NCBI GenBank assembly: GCA_001004905.1
Contig: LCRY01000002.1
Span: 115,577-179,576, forward strand
Length of the DNA: 64,000 bases
Direction of reading: 5' to 3'
From: Parcubacteria group bacterium GW2011_GWA1_56_13
GTDB lineage: Bacteria; Patescibacteriota; Minisyncoccia; Phycocordibacterales; Phycocordibacteraceae
The notes beneath the pieces are model-generated. The model ran no database searches. It was not told where the DNA came from and worked only from the letters and a program-made list of their open reading frames with translations. A program made the position numbers and the translations under genes. Positions 29,398 to 38,175 of this stretch are shown here, one piece after another. The first letter of the stretch is position 1, and each line of letters opens with the position of its first letter.

Positions 29398-30633
29398 TCA
29401 GTCGTTTGAGCGGAGGCGCGCGGTCAGTGCCGCCACGTTCATCTCGGATTCCTCGCCGGTCGCGAGGATTTTCATGCGCACCGTTTTCCGCGCCACCTCA
29501 TCCGCGCCATAGGCGACGAAGAGCGGGATGCCGCGCTTCACGGCATCCCTTATCTGGTCGCCCAGCGCGCGACCGGTCAGATTGACGAAAATGTGTCCGC
29601 CGTCCCTGCGCAGAGCGTCGGCAAAGCTCTGTGCGGCGGGAATATCGCCTGCGGTCGGTGTGCCCAGATACAGCTGGGGGCGGCCCGCGCGGGACTCCTG
29701 TACGAAGCCATGCGTTTTCAGGAAGTCGGCGAGCGTGACATCGCCGAGCGCGAAGCCGACCGCCGGAATGGGGTCCCCGCCCCAAAGCGCGACGAGGCCG
29801 TCGTAGCGGCCGCCGCCGAACAGGGAACGCGGGTTCGCCGGGTTCGTGTCGAAGACCTCGAACACCATGCCGGTGTAGTAATCGAAGCCGCGCGTGATAC
29901 CCGCATCAAAAACAGCATTGCCAACCCCGCGTTCCTTGAGCGTCGCGACAAGCGCCTGGACGGGTTTCGGGTCGATGAGAGAAAGGGGATCCGTGCTGGA
30001 TATCGCCTCCGACGCGGCCTTGAATTCCTCGGGACGCATTTTCGCTCTTTTGTCCAAAAGTCGGATGTACCGCCGGATATCGTCGCCCGCAAGACCGGCC
30101 GCCGCGCACGCGGCGTTCAGAAGCGAACGCGAACTGATGCGAATGATGAAATCTTTTTCAGACGCGCCGAACGCCTTCAGTATCTCCGAAGCAAGCCGCA
30201 CTATCTCGATGTCCGCCTCGCCTTCGGGGAGCCCGATCAGGTCTATGTCCGCCTGATAGAACTCGCGCAGGCGGCCTTTCTGGGGCCGTTCGTAGCGGAA
30301 CCGGTTGCCGACGGAGAACCACCGGAGCGGGAACGCGAGCTCGCGGCGCTTGGCCGCGACCATGCGCGCGAGAGTCGGCGTCATTTCCGGCCGCAAGGTT
30401 ACGGGCCGGTCGCCGCGGTCGGTAAAGGTATAGGTCTGCTCGTTCACTATCTCCTCGGAGGTCTTCGCTTCGTAGAGTTCGGCGCGCTCAAGCGGGGAGG
30501 CGTTGTATTCTTCGTAGCCCCAGAGGGAGAGCACTTCCCGGATACGCGCGAACATCGTATCCATCCGCGCCCAATCGCTCGGATAAAAATCGCGGACGCC
30601 CTTGTAGGGGTCGGTGGAAAGAGGCGCGGACAT
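29398..30633 (-). CDS. hisS: Histidine--tRNA ligase
   Basis: Class II aaRS motifs (RPEMTPTLARM, FRYERPQKGRLREFYQ, GGGRYD) and a C-terminal anticodon-binding domain. Confidence 0.9.
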   Translation of the reverse strand: MSAPLSTDPYKGVRDFYPSDWARMDTMFARIREVLSLWGYEEYNASPLERAELYEAKTSEEIVNEQTYTFTDRGDRPVTLRPEMTPTLARMVAAKRRELAFPLRWFSVGNRFRYERPQKGRLREFYQADIDLIGLPEGEADIEIVRLASEILKAFGASEKDFIIRISSRSLLNAACAAAGLAGDDIRRYIRLLDKRAKMRPEEFKAASEAISSTDPLSLIDPKPVQALVATLKERGVGNAVFDAGITRGFDYYTGMVFEVFDTNPANPRSLFGGGRYDGLVALWGGDPIPAVGFALGDVTLADFLKTHGFVQESRAGRPQLYLGTPTAGDIPAAQSFADALRRDGGHIFVNLTGRALGDQIRDAVKRGIPLFVAYGADEVARKTVRMKILATGEESEMNVAALTARLRSND

Positions 30634-30797
30634 ACGGCGATTTTATCACGAACCGCTATTCACTGCGCATTGATTGACAGTTCTTTCCCAAAGGACAATT
30701 ATGATTACAGCTTTGGAAGGGAGGTGATCTCGACCCCATCTCATCGCCGGGATATGGCGAGGTAGAGTTCTTGTCCGGATTGACCGTCGGACCGCTT

Positions 30798-30825
30798 GAG
30801 CCGCATTTGTGCGGCTCTTTTTTAT
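30798..30825 (+). terminator. Orphan plus-strand intrinsic terminator (gagccgca-tttg-tgcggctc + TTTTTTAT) between two minus-strand genes
   Basis: Perfect 8-bp GC stem and a 7-T tract on the plus strand only; no plus-strand CDS upstream. Confidence 0.5.
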
Positions 30826-31358
30826 ACTCCCGTCGTTTTGGGATCGATGGAAACGTATTTCAAAATAACGTCGCGCATGACTTCGGGGTGCGGTATGCCG
30901 TGCATGGTGAACTCGATGTCTTCGGCCGCGGTCTGCACCTTTATGTCTCCGATGCCCAGTAGGGAAGGAAGCACGCCCTCCACGTTGGTCGTTACGTCTT
31001 GCACGCGCGAGAGAAACAAACTCGAGACCTCGCGGGAGAAGTATCGCCGTTGCTTGATGTCCACGATGCGATGATTGGTAAGCACCCACACGTTCAAAAA
31101 ATATCGCGTGAACGCGCCCCAGGCGCTGGTCCATGTCACCAGGAGCCAGACGCCCAGTACGGCGCGGGGGAGCGGCATCGAGAAGTTGAAAAATGCGGCG
31201 TAGGGTGCAAACGGCGGGGCAAATGCGAGCAATTTCGGAAGCGCGAACGGGATGACTGCGATGATGGCATACGGTAGCATCCCCGCAAGGAAAAGGAACC
31301 AGTGTTTGCGGGCCTGAAGCACGACGTGCTCGCCCGGCTCAAGTTCGAATTCTTTCAT
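30822..31358 (-). CDS. Bacterial PH-domain (YdbS/YdbT, DUF304-like) membrane protein
   Basis: Start MKEFELEPGEHVVLQARKHWF, two TM helices, then a bPH-like C-terminal part. The ORF-track N-terminal extension is rejected. Confidence 0.5.
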   Translation of the reverse strand: MKEFELEPGEHVVLQARKHWFLFLAGMLPYAIIAVIPFALPKLLAFAPPFAPYAAFFNFSMPLPRAVLGVWLLVTWTSAWGAFTRYFLNVWVLTNHRIVDIKQRRYFSREVSSLFLSRVQDVTTNVEGVLPSLLGIGDIKVQTAAEDIEFTMHGIPHPEVMRDVILKYVSIDPKTTGV

Positions 31359-31365
31359 ACGGTGT

Positions 31366-31644
31366 TCATGGCAGGTACTGGGAGAGGAAGGAGGCGTTAC
31401 CGGAAAGCGCATAGCCGATGAGCGCCAGGGAGATGAGCAGATGCGCCGCAATAGCCGGAAAGGCGGCCCACGAGGCGTGCGAATACTGCAGCCAATGGTA
31501 AACGGCGACAATGGTATAGACCACCCAAAAGGCGAAAACGACGTAGAGGAACCATTCAATCGCGACGCCGGCAGAAACGCCGTCGGGCAGAAGCGCGGCC
31601 AGAGACGTGGGAAGAGAGAACGGCTGCAGCGGCTGATCGGGCAT
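31366..31644 (-). CDS. Small hypothetical membrane protein
   Basis: Start MPDQPLQPF; three hydrophobic segments; same strand and tight spacing in the prmC operon. Confidence 0.35.
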   Translation of the reverse strand: MPDQPLQPFSLPTSLAALLPDGVSAGVAIEWFLYVVFAFWVVYTIVAVYHWLQYSHASWAAFPAIAAHLLISLALIGYALSGNASFLSQYLP

Positions 31645-31740
31645 TGCGGGAATTATAACCCATGAGATAACACGTCTTTGATGGTGTGAACTGTCTCGCG
31701 GCACATCAGAAATCGCATGAAATTGTTGTCTTGCGAGAAA

Positions 31741-32547
31741 TTATCTCACGGGTCGAACTACGATAATGCGCGGCTTATCGTACTGGTCGGTGCGTATCGC
31801 GGCTGGAAGACCTTGTCGCGCGAACAGCGCGCACACGGCTTCCGCGTGGCTCGTGTCGCATTCTATCCACGCGACGCCTCCTGTTGCGAGATGTTTCGGG
31901 AGGTCTTTCGCGATGCGGCGGATGACTGCAAGGCCGTCGTCTCCGGCGTACAGCGCGCCGCTCGGCTCGTACTCGGCGACGCTCGACGGAAGCACTTGGT
32001 TGGCGGGCACATAGGGCGGGTTCGCGGCGATGATATCAAACTGCATGCCGGCGAAAGGTTCAAAGAGGTCGCCGATGCGCACATCCGCGCGCGAGCTGTC
32101 GAGGCCGTTCTCGCGTATGTTCTTTCGAATGATTGCCTCGTGCGCGGGGTCGAGCTCGCCGAAATACACCTGTGCGTTCGGCAGGCGCGCGAGCGGCGCA
32201 CAGCCGATAGCGCCGCTTCCGGCACAGAGGTCAAGGAAGTGCAGTTCATGAGTGCGATTTCCGGGCACAGAATCATTTTCTGCTGAAAATGTTCTTCCTG
32301 CTCGATCCGTCGATCTGTGCAGAGTCCCAGAAATCGCACTCATGAGCTGCTCCGTCCACCATTCCGTTTCGGGGCGGGGAATGAGCGGTTTCGAGTCCAG
32401 ATAGATTTTCAGGCCGAGAAAGGGCTGCCAGCCGATGACGTATGCGAGCGGCTCGCCGCGGACGAGCCGCTCGCGGTCCGCTTCGTATGCCGGTGTGCGG
32501 AGGCCGCCGTATTTCTCGTCCAATAGCAGCCGTTCATCTCGGGTCAT
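31741..32547 (-). CDS. prmC: Release-factor glutamine N5-methyltransferase (HemK) carrying an in-frame palindromic-element insertion
   Basis: LDLCAGSGAIG SAM motif, NPPY catalytic motif, PRPETE linker. Linker region expanded by ~25-30 aa that coincide with repeat copy B. Confidence 0.85.
   Translation of the reverse strand: MTRDERLLLDEKYGGLRTPAYEADRERLVRGEPLAYVIGWQPFLGLKIYLDSKPLIPRPETEWWTEQLMSAISGTLHRSTDRAGRTFSAENDSVPGNRTHELHFLDLCAGSGAIGCAPLARLPNAQVYFGELDPAHEAIIRKNIRENGLDSSRADVRIGDLFEPFAGMQFDIIAANPPYVPANQVLPSSVAEYEPSGALYAGDDGLAVIRRIAKDLPKHLATGGVAWIECDTSHAEAVCALFARQGLPAAIRTDQYDKPRIIVVRPVR
32251..32338. repeat. ~88-bp palindromic element, copy B, located inside the prmC reading frame
   Basis: tcatgaGTGCGATTTcc...ATTTTCTGCTGAAAAT...ccagAAATCGCACtcatga; ~75% identical to copy A (21301-21392) with the same architecture. 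Confidence 0.6.
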
Positions 32548-32561
32548 AATGGGAAAACTAG

Positions 32562-32605
32562 CACAAAAAAAAACAACACGCGGCCCCGAAAGGCCGCGTG
32601 TTGTT
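32562..32605 (-). terminator. Intrinsic terminator of the RRM-protein gene (14-bp stem aacaacacgcggcc/ggccgcgtgttgtt; T9 on minus strand)
   Basis: Perfect 14-bp stem; the A9 tract on plus equals a U9 tract after the hairpin on the minus-strand transcript. Confidence 0.65.
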
Positions 32606-32622
32606 TTCTCGGCGAGAGAAAA

Positions 32623-32991
32623 TTAGTATCCGCCGCGGCCATAGCCGCCGCCACCGCCGTATCCGCCGCGCTCACCGCCTCCGAAACCGCCTTCGCGGCG
32701 CGGAGGACGCTCGCCTTGCGGACGAGCAAAGGAAACGGAGAGCGTGCGCCCGTCCATCTCCTTGCCATCCCAACGATCTATCGCCGCCTGTGCCTCCGCT
32801 TCGGAGGACATTTCGACGAAGCCGAAGCCGCGCGAGCGGCCCGTCATGCGATCGCTGATAATGCTCGCGGACACGACCGAGCCGGCCTCACCAAAGGCCT
32901 TCTTAAGGTCATCTTCCGTCGAGCGGTAGGGAATACCGCCCACGTAGAGCTTGTTTCCCTGAACACCACCTGCTGACTGCTGATTATCCAT
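32623..32991 (-). CDS. RRM-domain RNA-binding protein with Gly/Arg-rich tail
   Basis: RNP-2 LYVGGIPY and RNP-1 RGFGFVEM motifs. C-terminal GGYGGGGGYGRGG repeats. Confidence 0.8.
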   Translation of the reverse strand: MDNQQSAGGVQGNKLYVGGIPYRSTEDDLKKAFGEAGSVVSASIISDRMTGRSRGFGFVEMSSEAEAQAAIDRWDGKEMDGRTLSVSFARPQGERPPRREGGFGGGERGGYGGGGGYGRGGY

Positions 32992-33143
32992 GTATTGGAT
33001 TTAACTGATTAACCTCGCCGAAACTGAACACGTGTGGTCTTGTGGACCCTGCGACGCTCGAATACTCTGCGAGTTGGGGGAGTATGACAGGAATATGCTC
33101 GGAACGCAAGCGGCGTAACGGCGCGCTGGGGATAATACCCGTC

Positions 33144-33917
33144 GGGCAATACAAGGTTCCACCTTGTATTGCCCGGCGGTGATAAGATTATCGGCATGAA
33201 TAGAAAAATTTCTTTTGCCGAAGGGGAGTACTATCACGTTTACAGCAGGGGAGTCGAAAAACGCAAAATTTTTTTGGATGGCAAAGATCGGGAGCGCTTC
33301 CAGGCGCTTTTATTTTTGTGCAATGGTTCAAAACCAGTTGTGTATAGATTGATACAAGGTTCCACCTTGTATCAAACTGATGTGGGGGAAAAGATTGTCG
33401 CCGTCGGTGCCTATGCGTTTATGCCGAATCATATTCACATCTTGGTCAAGGAAATTTCAGAAAATGGCATTACTGAATTCATGCGGAAAGTGAACACTGC
33501 CTATTCAATGTATTTCAATAAAAAATACGAGAGAGTCGGGCCTCTTTTCCAAGGTACTTTTGCCGCTGAACATGTAACCCGAGATGAGCACTTGAAATAT
33601 TTATTTGCCTACATCCACTTAAATATCGTAAAACTCATCGAGCCAAAATGGAAAGAAGAGGGAATTAAAGATCTGAAAAAAGCGAGAGGGTATCTTGAAG
33701 CGTACCCGTTTTCGAGTTATTCGAGCTACACCGGGAAAGTGCGCAAGGAAGATACCATATTGTCAAAAAATGAGTTCCCAAAATATTTCTCGCATCAACA
33801 TGATTTCAAAGATTTTGTTGACGAATGGCTCACATTCGGCCCGCAAAATTTTGACCCGTAGCACAGAATTCCAGTACAAGGTGGAACCTTGTAATACAAG
33901 GTTCCACCTTGTACTGT
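33144..33917 (+). mobile_element. REP-associated tyrosine transposase (RAYT) unit: tnpA_REP gene flanked by REP hairpins
   Basis: REP hairpins gggcaatacaagg-ttcca-ccttgtattgccc at 33144-33176, an internal copy at 33351-33373, and a double inverted copy (44-bp perfect palindrome) at 33873-33917. Local GC ~45%. Confidence 0.7.
33196..33861 (+). CDS. IS200/IS605-family Y1 (HUH) transposase, REP-associated (TnpA_REP/RAYT)
   Basis: YHVYSRGV N-terminal motif, HUH motif MPNHIHILV, catalytic Tyr region AYSMYFNKKY. Start MNRKISFAEGEYYH. Confidence 0.8.
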   Translation: MNRKISFAEGEYYHVYSRGVEKRKIFLDGKDRERFQALLFLCNGSKPVVYRLIQGSTLYQTDVGEKIVAVGAYAFMPNHIHILVKEISENGITEFMRKVNTAYSMYFNKKYERVGPLFQGTFAAEHVTRDEHLKYLFAYIHLNIVKLIEPKWKEEGIKDLKKARGYLEAYPFSSYSSYTGKVRKEDTILSKNEFPKYFSHQHDFKDFVDEWLTFGPQNFDP

Positions 33918-34232
33918 CTTGTGGTGGAAGGAACACGACAGAGTATTGGAAAAGCGCAAGTTCTTAAAAAAAGAAGTGGGGATAAGCGTTTAAACGTCGC
34001 ATCATGAAGGGCGTTACGCGCGGAAGTGTATAACTTTCGCCGTAGCGTGGCGTATTTACTAGCTTTTATTGGATGTCCACATATCCACAGGCCAAGCCGC
34101 TTGACCTACATGTTGATTTTATGAAGAGAAAGCGTATGGTTCGCATGTTAGGGGCAATAGACCTCCAAAAGGCCTTTCTTACGAGACCTCCAAGGGGCCG
34201 CCTTTATTAAAGTGCATAGCGCTTCATTAACC

Positions 34233-37037
34233 ATGAACTCTAAATATTTCGGTTTTGCACTCGGTGCGGTTCTCGCATTCGGCGCCGCCGCTCCTCTCGC
34301 GTTCGCGCAAGCGACATTGAACGTTATTCCGTTTGAACTGTCCTATACAGAAGGAGAAGCAACTGCTGAGTGGTCGAATGCTGAATTTAAAAACGGCAGT
34401 CACTCAATTTACCTGCAGACTACAGGGGAACAGGGTGCGGAGGGAAGAATTAGGATTGAGTTCCCTACAGTGACAACTCTAGAAGACATAACCTCAATCT
34501 CTTGGTGGACTAATACTGTCGGTGGTTATCCAGCGCATCTTGATATTACTCTCGAAACTAATGATGTGAATCAAAGTATGTTGACGGCAGAGATGGCCTA
34601 TAATAATGGTGATTGGGCAGGGAGCGCCACTACAGGTCAATGGCTTCAGACCTTTGAGTTAGCAGCAAACGATGGTGCTGGAGAAATAAATGATAATACA
34701 GTGTTTTGGGTAGCTAAATTAGGAGCTGGTGATCAGGATGCTCCATGGGGGACTCTTGCTAATTGGAAAGCTGGGCAAGTTGCGAACGATCCAGGTGGGG
34801 AACTTTCCAGTACGGAAATAAATTCAAGCACCCCCGTTTCTTTTGTTGAAATAGAAATTGACAACTGGATTAATCAATCTGAGGCATATGTTGATGGGAT
34901 TACCGTAAATGGTGTCACATACTATGGTCTCATTCAAGACGCAATTAACGCCGCAACTTCTGGCGACACGGTCAATGTCGCGGCGGGGACGTATACTGAA
35001 CCCATAGCGCGAGTTGCGGCTTGTGGAAATGAACCATCCTCTCTGTGTATAGATAAATCGCTTACGCTTCGCGGAGACCCTGGCGATGCCGCCGCTGGTC
35101 CCGGTTCAGATGCACCGGTTCTTGACGGTGCTGGTCTCGACGACGGTTCCGCAATCGCCTTGCTTCGCGACGGAAGCCCGATTTCCAATGTCATCATAGA
35201 AGGATTCATTATAAGAAACTACACGAATCCTAATGAGCAAGGCGGCACTGGGAGCGGTGTCATTGCTTGGAATACAGACGCTTCAAGCATTACTATTCAG
35301 GACAATTCATTTGAAGACCTTGGATGGAATGGAGTATTAGTGGGAAGCGATGACGACAGTGTCCAATCTGGCTGGACCGTTCAAAACAATGTGATTGATA
35401 ACGCTGCTTATGCTGGTGTTGAGTTGACAAACGTTACTAATTCTACCGTTTCGGGCAACACGATTACCGTTTCCAACGGCACCTGGGATGTCGGCGATTC
35501 TGGTGTCGGTATTGAAGTTGCGGTCCGTGACAATGGAACCGGTGTAACCGCTGGAGATACAATTGGTGTCACCGTATCCGGCAACACTATAACGGGCGGC
35601 GGTGCTGATGCACGGGCTGGTATCAATATCCTCTCGCGCGCATATCAAGCGACGTCAGATGCGTGGTTGATGAACGTAACGATAGAGGATAATACCGTTG
35701 ACGGAATTACGCCTCGCGGTATCCTTGTGGCCGCCGAACAGCGTAATGGGGGAGCCGCTTCTATTGCCGCACTTCACCTGTCAGGTAACACCGTCTCTAA
35801 TAATGAAGTAGGTATTGCGGTCGGCGTTCCCACAGGTTCAAGCGGAGTTAATGGCGGATATGAGCTACTCGTAAATGGCAATTCTGTATCTGGAAATACA
35901 GGTTCCGGAGTCCAAAACGCTTCTGGCGTCTTGTTTGATGCCACCAACAACTGGTGGGATGACGCGACGGGTCCTTCGGGAGAAGGAACGGGTAGCGGAG
36001 ATATGGTATCAACCGATGTTTCGTTCTTGCCGTGGTACGGCAATTCCTCGTTCCTGCCGCCAGGGACGGTTCCGGCTCCGGTCATCAGCCCGGAGAGCTC
36101 GTCGTTCCGCGTCTCCGTTGACGTGACGATTGGCGACTCCGTATCCGGCTCGACCGTTCATTACACGACGGACGGCACGACGCCCACGTGCAGTTCTGAC
36201 ACGTATACGGACGGGCAGGTACTGCACTTCAGTCAGCCGGTAACGGTCAATGCCATCCGTTGCGATTCCGGCGGCGCGGCAGTCCCGTCGGCCGTGTCGA
36301 GCGCGACCTACACCATAGCGAATAGCGGCGGCGGAGGCGGCGGAACTGCGACAGCAGCTACCGTAGCCCAGGCAGCAACGACTCCGGCGGCGACCCAGAC
36401 AGCCACGACGCCCGCAGTGACGACTCCGGCAGGCCAAGTGCTCGGTGCCGAGGCGTTCAACTTCACGGGTGACCTCCACATGAGCTCCTCGGGTTCGGAT
36501 GTAACCGAACTCCAAAAGGTCCTCATCGCCGCAGGGTTCGACATTCCGGCCATCACGAAGGGCGGCATAGCGTACGGCTATTTCGGTGGTCAGACGCTCG
36601 CGGCGGTCATCGCGTACCAAAAGGCGAACGGCGTCACCTCGACGGGCTACGTCGGCACGCTTACGCGTGCCGTGCTCAACAAGGGCGCGACGCCTTCAAC
36701 CGGTACGGCGGCCACGTCGGCGGCCGGCACGAAGCCCATGTTCACCAAGGCCCTCACGGTCGGCGTGCGCGATGCCGACGTGACGGCGCTCCAGCAATAT
36801 CTGACCGATAACGGCTTCTACAGCGGGCCCGTCACCGGCTACTTCGGCACGCTGACGAAAGCGGCGGTCCAGATATACCAGAAAGAGAAGGGAATCGCAC
36901 AGACCGGCGTCGTCGGCCCTCTGACCCGCGCCGAGCTCAACAAGGGCAAGGTCACGACGACGAATTCCGCGGCGGGCAGTACGGTCCTCACGGGCTCGGC
37001 GACGACCACTCCCGCTTCGGGAATGTCGGCCTACTGA
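34233..37037 (+). CDS. Secreted right-handed beta-helix (PbH1/pectate-lyase-fold) protein with two C-terminal peptidoglycan-binding (PG_binding_1) domains
   Basis: Signal peptide MNSKYFGFALGAVLAFGAAAPLAFAQA. Repeated GNTITG / SGNTVSNN beta-helix turns. Two LQKVL...GYFGGQT...YQKANG PG-binding repeats. Confidence 0.75.
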   Translation: MNSKYFGFALGAVLAFGAAAPLAFAQATLNVIPFELSYTEGEATAEWSNAEFKNGSHSIYLQTTGEQGAEGRIRIEFPTVTTLEDITSISWWTNTVGGYPAHLDITLETNDVNQSMLTAEMAYNNGDWAGSATTGQWLQTFELAANDGAGEINDNTVFWVAKLGAGDQDAPWGTLANWKAGQVANDPGGELSSTEINSSTPVSFVEIEIDNWINQSEAYVDGITVNGVTYYGLIQDAINAATSGDTVNVAAGTYTEPIARVAACGNEPSSLCIDKSLTLRGDPGDAAAGPGSDAPVLDGAGLDDGSAIALLRDGSPISNVIIEGFIIRNYTNPNEQGGTGSGVIAWNTDASSITIQDNSFEDLGWNGVLVGSDDDSVQSGWTVQNNVIDNAAYAGVELTNVTNSTVSGNTITVSNGTWDVGDSGVGIEVAVRDNGTGVTAGDTIGVTVSGNTITGGGADARAGINILSRAYQATSDAWLMNVTIEDNTVDGITPRGILVAAEQRNGGAASIAALHLSGNTVSNNEVGIAVGVPTGSSGVNGGYELLVNGNSVSGNTGSGVQNASGVLFDATNNWWDDATGPSGEGTGSGDMVSTDVSFLPWYGNSSFLPPGTVPAPVISPESSSFRVSVDVTIGDSVSGSTVHYTTDGTTPTCSSDTYTDGQVLHFSQPVTVNAIRCDSGGAAVPSAVSSATYTIANSGGGGGGTATAATVAQAATTPAATQTATTPAVTTPAGQVLGAEAFNFTGDLHMSSSGSDVTELQKVLIAAGFDIPAITKGGIAYGYFGGQTLAAVIAYQKANGVTSTGYVGTLTRAVLNKGATPSTGTAATSAAGTKPMFTKALTVGVRDADVTALQQYLTDNGFYSGPVTGYFGTLTKAAVQIYQKEKGIAQTGVVGPLTRAELNKGKVTTTNSAAGSTVLTGSATTTPASGMSAY

Positions 37038-37115
37038 TCGGTTTTCTCCACATAAACAACCCCCGCTTCGGCGGGGGTTGTTTATTTGTGAGATTCATTG
37101 TATCGTGATGACCAC

Positions 37116-38114
37116 ATGAAGGAACCTCGCAAGCCGCTCAAGCACCATCTCCACGACTATTTTTTTCCGCACGAGCGCAACCAGTACCGCCCGCATCTCT
37201 TCAGCAGCGCGTCCATCGCGGCGCTCGTCGTCGCGGTCGTCATGTTCGAGAGCGCGTATCTCGTGCAGACGAAATTCGTCTTTTTCAACACCGATTTCTT
37301 GGCGTCCGTATTGCCAGCGACGCTCGCCGCGCTCACGAACCAGGACCGCGCGATGAACAATCTCTCCGGCGTTACCGAGGACCCGCTTCTCGACCAGGCG
37401 GCGCAGGCGGCCGCGCTCGACATGGCGGCCAAGGGATATTTCGCTCACGTCTCTCCCGACGGGAAAACTCCGTGGTACTGGCTCGAGCAGGTCGGCTACA
37501 CATACAGCTACGCGGGACAGAACCTCGCCGTCAACTTCACCGATTCGGAGAATGTCGAATCGGCATGGATGGCTTCAGCGCCGCATCGCGCGAATATCAT
37601 GAAGCCGCAATACACGCACATCGGCTTCGGCACGGCAAACGGAATGTATGAAGGGCGGATGACCACCTTCGTCGTCGAATTTTTCGCGACCCCGGCGGCA
37701 GCGGCGGAGAAGACGGCGCTCGCAACACCGGCAGTGCCGGCAAAAACGGCGCTCGCAACACCGGCTCCAAAGGCGCCCACCTCCACCTCTCCCGTCAAGG
37801 TGCTCGGTTCGCAGGTCGACCAGCCGGGTGCGGCAGCGAGCGCCCCGGCAAGCGCTTCGCCGAATTGGCTCGCGCGTCTGCTCGCTTCGCCCCTCAATAC
37901 GCTCATCGCCATCTTTTCCATTCTGTTCTCGGTCATTGCGGCGGCGGGCATCATTGCGATTCTCATGCGGATGAAAGTCCCGCATCCAAGCGTACTCGTC
38001 GGCAGCGCGCTCGTGCTTGCGCTCATCGGCATTTCGACGCTGTTCAATTTCGAACTCGCAGGCCCGGTGCAGTTAAACGCTCAACCCGCGAGCGTAGAAG
38101 CGGCATTACCGTAG
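37116..38114 (+). CDS. CAP/SCP (PR-1-like, YkwD-type) domain protein with N- and C-terminal TM segments
   Basis: CAP motifs YAGQNLA and HYT-like PQYTHIGFG. Ala/Pro-rich linker and a C-terminal hydrophobic helix. Confidence 0.65.
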   Translation: MKEPRKPLKHHLHDYFFPHERNQYRPHLFSSASIAALVVAVVMFESAYLVQTKFVFFNTDFLASVLPATLAALTNQDRAMNNLSGVTEDPLLDQAAQAAALDMAAKGYFAHVSPDGKTPWYWLEQVGYTYSYAGQNLAVNFTDSENVESAWMASAPHRANIMKPQYTHIGFGTANGMYEGRMTTFVVEFFATPAAAAEKTALATPAVPAKTALATPAPKAPTSTSPVKVLGSQVDQPGAAASAPASASPNWLARLLASPLNTLIAIFSILFSVIAAAGIIAILMRMKVPHPSVLVGSALVLALIGISTLFNFELAGPVQLNAQPASVEAALP

Positions 38115-38175
38115 GTTCCCCCGCGAGGGTGGGGATAAGGACGAGCGCCGCATACCTCCGTACTACGATTATTGG

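Noticed and set aside
30717-30731. gatcacctcc on the minus strand, identical to the 3' end of 16S rRNA
   Set aside because: Only a 10-nt match. No rRNA-like flanks. Interpreted instead as the complement of a plus-strand SD-like sequence (see the sRNA finding)
30771-30962. 63-aa plus ORF spanning the orphan terminator hairpin
   Set aside because: It runs through a strong intrinsic terminator and antisense into the PH-domain gene; no RBS
31717-32286. 189-aa plus ORF ending in …MSAISGHRIIFC
   Set aside because: It is antisense to prmC. The shared MSAISG peptide is an artefact of the palindromic element reading similarly on both strands
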